Assembly (NCBI RefSeq): GCF_006345805.1
Contig: NC_043003.1
Location: 7,068,001 to 7,132,000 of the forward strand
Direction of reading: 5' to 3'
Source: Octopus sinensis
Lineage: Eukaryota
DNA: 64,000 nt
Under the pieces are notes generated by a model, which searched no databases, had not been told where the DNA came from, and worked only from the letters and a program-made list of their open reading frames with translations. This document shows, piece by piece, positions 59,301-64,000 of this stretch (the first letter of the stretch is position 1; each line of letters opens with the position of its first letter). The position numbers were made by a program, and so were the translations under genes.

Positions 59301-62300
59301 GCTGGTCTGGTTCCAAAATTAGAAACAATTATTTTTTGAAACATGGGCAGGAGTGGCTGTGTGGTAAGTAGCTTGCTTACGAACCACATGATTCCGGGTT
59401 CAGTCCCATTGCATGACACTTTGGGCAAGTGTCTTCTATTATAGCCTTGGGCCGACCAAAGCCTTGTGAGTGGATTTGGTAGACGGAAACTGAAAGAAGC
59501 CCATCATATATATGTATATGTGTGTGTGTATGTTTGGTGTCTGTTTGTCCCCCAAACATCGCTTGACAATCGATGCTGGTGTGTTTGCCGTCCCCGTAAC
59601 TTAACGGTTCGGCAAAAGAGACCAACAGAATAAGTACTAGGCTTCCAAAGAATAATTCAAAGGGTAAAAGACTTAATATTATGTCTTCATGCTTTCATTC
59701 ATTCAGCATCATTGGAATTGTTCTGAATTGGGGTACTTAACGACGAAACTGCTTGTCTAAACACTCAGATTCTTAGTAAAAGCTTCACCATCATACTTGA
59801 TACAAAGATAGGTTCAGTTATTATAAGAAGGGCATCCATCTGTAGAAACTCTGCCAGATCAAGATTGGAGCCTGGTGCAGCCATCTGGTTCACCAGTCCT
59901 CAGTCAAATCGTCCAACCCATGCTAGCATGGAAAGCGGACGTTAAACGATGATAATGATGACATCCAACATGCTGTGATGTAATCGTAGTTTAAGTATGT
60001 CTAGATCATCCTGAACTATAAGTGCAACGCTTGGCCATGAGGATATGGAGTTTGTTTTGTAATTGTGGTTTCATGTTTGGTCTCACAGTGCAGCACCTTA
60101 AGTCTCTTCTACTGTTGGGTCGAGTGAAATTTGGTTGATAGAATCTGTATAAGAGCCTGTTTGTATATATATATGTGTGTGTGTGTGTATTTCCTTGTAG
60201 GGTAATATTTCCCCATAACCAGACATGTCATTGAAGATGAGAAATGAAGGATATTGCTTGCATCATTGTGTCACTTGCATACAACTGTTAGGTGATGCCA
60301 AGGAAAGAAGACTGTTAAACACACACATTCACATAATGAGATTCTTTCAGTTTCCATTTGCCAAGTCCACTTGGCGTTGTTTGGCCTGGTGCCATAGGAG
60401 AAGACACTTGCACAAGGTGCCACACTGGGACTGAAGCGAAAACCATTTTGGAAGCAAATTTTTTCTGCAATTTTAGAAGTTGTATTCTCTAAAATTTTGG
60501 CTCTCTTAAAAAGTCTTACCTCATCTTCCTGACAAATTTGCTCGTTTGCAGGAGTTGCTGTGTGGTAAGTAGCTTGCTAACCAACCACATGGTTCCGGGT
60601 TCAGTCCCACTGCGTGGCATCTTGGGCAAGTGTCTTCTGCTATAGCCTCGGGCCGACCAATGCCTTGTGAGTGGATTTGGTAGACGGAAACTGAAAGAAG
60701 CCTGTCGTATATATGTATGTGTTTGTGTGTCTGTGTTTGTCCCCCTAGCATTGCTTGACAGCTGATGCTGGTGTGTTCACGTCCCTGTCACTTAGCGGTT
60801 CGGCAAAAGAGACTGATAGAATAAGTACTGGGCTTACAAAGAAGTCCCGGGGTCGATTTGCTCGACTAAAGGCGGTGCTCCAGCATGGCTGCAGTCAAAT
60901 AACTGAAACAAGTAAAAGAGTAAAAGAGAAAGAGAGAACACTAAAAATGGATCTTAGCACAAAATAATATAAAACTGAATGAGTTTCATTTTATTCTTAT
61001 TTTATTTGGAAATTTTGAAACATTAAGTCGTATTTTATATTTTTTTATCACACTTTCTGTATGTTCTAATCAAAATGTAAAATGGTTCGTAATTACTACG
61101 TTAATTGGATGCATTAAGCATTCATATTGTTATTTTTTTCTATTTAGTTCATTATTAATACCTCTCAGCTAAAACTTTCGTTTCTTTTTTCTTTCCTTTT
61201 AGACAACAATTGCAGAATGTATCACTTACTTGGATAATGGAGTTGTATACATTGGTTCCAGGTTGGGAGATTCTCAGTTAATTAAGGTAAGTATTATTAT
61301 TATTATTGAGTGAGAAAAGCAATGCATGCCATCATCAAAGTGACACTGGGGTACAAATATATGAGGCTCCATATACCCATCATGACCACTCATCTGATAA
61401 GGGTACACCAGGCACATGCATCACAACCATATGTGCACGACAGTGACCTCATATCGAGATAAACAGCACATGTCCTTGCAGGTGGAGCCCAGTTAAAACT
61501 TTCTTCAGGTTGAGTAGCCCCTCCCACTCAAAAGGTCTCTGAATAAGGGTTGTTTAAGGACGTTGAACGAAACACCCATGTTTCCAGAGGTGAATTATTC
61601 AAACCCCAAAGAATCCCTCTCAACACATGGCTATGATGCTCTCCCACTACTTCTGCTTGTGATCAGAGATGCACATATCGTCAGCCACTAAGGGACATGC
61701 TCAACTGGTTAAGGTCAATCAACTGACAAGCAAATCTGTGGTATTGAGCAGAATATTTGCTGTAGCCCATCTTTTATACCAAGACAAAGCAATGTACATG
61801 ATAACACTTCCAATCAGATAAACTCAGGAGCCATGGCAGCCTGTGCCTAGTACTTTATTATTATTGTCTTTTCTTCTTACTCAATATTTAGATATTATAC
61901 CTATGTTTATATATGTAAGCATGTGTACATACATGTATGATGGCCGTCCACTCGTGACCGAGGAAGACCATTGCCGACCTTCAGGAACATTGTGCGCTCT
62001 AGGACTAACTTATATTTTGCATTTGCGGCTCCGTTGGTGGCTAATGACAAGAATACACGACTGCAAACATTGCAGACCAAGCTTCCCCATTCACATACAT
62101 ATATACATACATACATACATACATGTATGTATACATATGTACAATAAATTGTTGTTGTTGATTTTGATTTTAATTTCTGAAATTTTCTCTTTTCGTTGAC
62201 AGTTGAATATCAACCCAAATGATAATGGTTCTTATGTTCAAATTATGGAAACTTTCACCAATTTAGGTCCAATTGTCGACATGTGTGTTGTTGACTTGGA

Positions 62301-62319
62301 AAGGCAAGGCCAAGGTCAG
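43207..62319 (+). CDS. DDB1: DNA damage-binding protein 1 (CUL4 adaptor), exons 1-10, 371 codons, 3'-incomplete in window
   Basis: [21 protein letters not shown] start and contiguous near-identity to metazoan DDB1 through ...[14 protein letters not shown]; 1113 nt, all GT-AG, phases consistent. Confidence 0.98.
47650..48510 (+). mobile_element. Highly degenerate non-LTR retroelement remnant
   Basis: 3' end ggtcttcctcaatcatgagtggacagctatcatcatc resembles the RTE end at 61938-62095(-); no intact ORF. Confidence 0.4.
52630..52778 (+). CDS. DDB1: DDB1 exon 2 ([49 protein letters not shown])
   Basis: ttgcag/gtaagt, 149 nt. Confidence 0.97.
53025..53226. mobile_element. Tc1/mariner-type MITE inserted in a SINE
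   Basis: TA flanks; TIR (t/c)agggtggccc.aaagtag.tttacag and its reverse complement. Confidence 0.8.
53640..53756 (+). CDS. DDB1: DDB1 exon 3 ([39 protein letters not shown])
   Basis: ttccag/gtgaga, 117 nt. Confidence 0.97.
54376..54510. repeat. 30-bp tandem repeat x3 + 2 degenerate units
   Basis: gttgtttgtcaaacat at 54381, 54411, 54441, then shortened copies. Confidence 0.9.
54763..54905 (+). CDS. DDB1: DDB1 exon 4 ([48 protein letters not shown])
   Basis: tttcag/gtgatt, 143 nt. Confidence 0.97.
56414..56489 (+). CDS. DDB1: DDB1 exon 5 ([25 protein letters not shown])
   Basis: tttcag/gtaagc, 76 nt. Confidence 0.96.
57494..57608 (+). CDS. DDB1: DDB1 exon 6 ([38 protein letters not shown])
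   Basis: ttgtag/gtgagt, 115 nt. Confidence 0.97.
58082..58179 (+). CDS. DDB1: DDB1 exon 7 ([33 protein letters not shown])
   Basis: ttacag/gtgagt, 98 nt. Confidence 0.97.
58337..58395 (+). ncRNA. Candidate minimal type I hammerhead ribozyme (Penelope-like-element type), sense in DDB1 intron 7
   Basis: atag-CTGATGA-GAATGT(19 nt)ACATTC-GAAA-CTCCGAG-TA|-ctat: helix I atag/ctat, helix II 6 bp with G-C base, helix III short, GUA triplet. Confidence 0.8.
58564..58763. mobile_element. Second TTAA/piggyBac-type MITE family; related copy 63119-63579 carries a nested RTE-UTR repeat
   Basis: TTAA|ccctttag...ctaaaggg|TTAA. Confidence 0.8.
58926..59078 (+). CDS. DDB1: DDB1 exon 8 ([51 protein letters not shown])
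   Basis: tcacag/gtaagt, 153 nt. Confidence 0.97.
61203..61286 (+). CDS. DDB1: DDB1 exon 9 ([28 protein letters not shown])
   Basis: ttttag/gtaagt, 84 nt. Confidence 0.97.
61938..62095 (-). mobile_element. RTE LINE extreme 3' end (C-terminal zinc finger CNVCSRVF + short UTR)
   Basis: [11 protein letters not shown] motif followed by ggtcttcctcggtcacgagtggacggccatcat. Confidence 0.6.
62203..62319 (+). CDS. DDB1: DDB1 exon 10 ([39 protein letters not shown])
   Basis: tgacag/gtaagc, 117 nt. Confidence 0.97.
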
Positions 62320-64000
62320 GTAAGCAGGAGAATTTACATTCTAAGACTTCTCCATCTTCTCCTTTCTGTTAAAATCAGTTGTGTTAGTTTTGATATTTAC
62401 TCTTTTACTCTCTTACTTGTTTCAGTCATTTGACTGCGGCCATGCTGGAGCACCGGCTTTAGTCTAAGAAATCGACCCTAGGACTTATTCTTTGGAAGTC
62501 TAGTACTTATTCTATCAGTCTCTTTTGCCGAACCACTAAGTTACGGGGACGTAAACACACCAGCATTGGCTGTCAACCAATGTTGGGGGGAAAAAGACAG
62601 ACACACAAACACATACACACACATTCACACACACATATATATATATGTGGAGGCGCAATGGCCTAGTGGTTAGGGCAGCGGACTCGTGGTCGTAGGATCG
62701 TGGTTTCGATTCCCAGACCGGGCGTTGTAAGTGTTTATTGAGCGGAAACACCTAAAAGCACCACGATGCTCCGGCAGGAGGTGGTGATCCCTGCTGTACT
62801 CTTTCACCACTCTTTCTCTCACTCTTCTGTTGGCTTGCTCGCTTAGCCAGCGGGGTGGCGTCATTGTGACTAGCGATGTGTAAAACATCTGATGGCCTGG
62901 TCAGTCACGTGATATATATATATGACAGGCTTCTTTCAGTTTCCGTCTACCAAATCCACTCACAAGGCTTTGGTTGGCCTGAGGCTATAGTAGAAGACAC
63001 GCGCCCAAGGTGCCATATAGTGGGACTGAACCCGGAACCACGTGGTTCATAAGCAAGCTACTTACCACACAGCCACACCTCCTTTTATTCAATAGAGTTT
63101 ATCTTGTGATGCTGTTAACCCTTTAGCATTTAAACCAGTTGTACATGGCCCCAAATATTCTACCTGCCTTATGTTCAAACTGGCCAGATCCAGTCTCACA
63201 CCTGTCATTCTAAATATAAACAATCACATCATTGAAATGTCGAAGCTATGAAATAATGCGTGATGAATTCAAAACCGTTTAATGTCCATTCTCCATGCTG
63301 GCATGGGTTGGATGGTTTGATTGAGGTTTGGAGAGCCAGTGGCTGCTTCAGGCTCCAGTCTGGTCTGGCAAAGTTTCTACAGCTGGATGCCCTTCCTAAC
63401 GCCAACCACTTTGAGAGTGTAGTGGGTGCTTTTTACGTGCCACCGGCACAGGATCCAGTCAGGTGGGCCTGGCATTGCTTTTTATGTGCCACCGGCAAGG
63501 GAGCCAGTCAGGGGGCACTGGCATCGGCCACATTCGGATGATGTTTTACATTTGACAGAGTAATCTGAGTGCTAAAGGGTTAAGATAATGAGTTTGTTAA
63601 ATTTTTAATTCTGTACTTTTAATGTTCACTAACTGTCTGATCAACATCACATAATTAATTAATTAATTTCAGATATATAATCTGACTCAAGATTGAGTCT
63701 AATCTTTAAAAAAATCACATCCATTTAAATCGTTTCGGTCATATCTTTGACATTTTATCACAGAAGATATATCACAGCAGGGCTAAGGTTTTATCCTACC
63801 CATGCTAGCATGGAAAGCGGACGCTAAATGATGATGATGATGATGTCTTTATTGTCCTCAGGGGGCTAAACATAGAGGGGACAAAGGACAGACAGAGGGA
63901 TTAAGTTGATTACATCGACCCCAGTGCGTAATTGGTACTTATTTAATCGACCCCGAAAGGATGAAATGCAAAGTTGACCTGGGGGGAATTTGAACTCAGA

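Noticed and set aside
62647-62720. tRNA gene (also 17270-17350 and 315-390)
   Set aside because: A/B boxes are present but there is no complete cloverleaf or acceptor stem, and the sequence continues into SINE bodies.

Overview
Eukaryotic, AT-rich, repeat-dense genomic DNA. The repeat content ((TA)n, (CAT)n, RTE/SINE families) suggests a cephalopod, probably Octopus; this is an inference. Two intron-rich DNA-repair genes are arranged head-to-head. XRCC6/Ku70 has a complete CDS on the minus strand (19 coding exons, ATG 35383 to stop 2203, 1803 nt = 600 aa + stop, all GT-AG, phases consistent). DDB1 has its first 10 coding exons on the plus strand (ATG 43207; 371 codons to 62319) and continues past the window end. 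Introns and the intergenic gap hold RTE and R4/Dong LINE 3' fragments, several SINE families, mariner/Tc1, piggyBac (TTAA), hAT and Helitron-like non-autonomous elements and a probable solo LTR. Most notable: (1) minimal type I hammerhead-ribozyme motifs of the kind known from Penelope-like elements. One has a fully canonical core and is in sense orientation in DDB1 intron 7 (58337-58395), one lies inside a near-perfect 191-bp palindrome in sense orientation to Ku70 (27420-27457), and one is upstream of DDB1 (42611-42643); the latter two belong to a set of (TA)n-embedded fold-back elements. (2) An RTE LINE whose 3' UTR is a variable-number array of ~60-bp double-hairpin modules, amplified locally into a 1.9-kb higher-order array. 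(3) A 47-bp x15 minisatellite with ABC higher-order structure, built from a piggyBac-type MITE terminus. Almost all listed six-frame ORFs are spurious.
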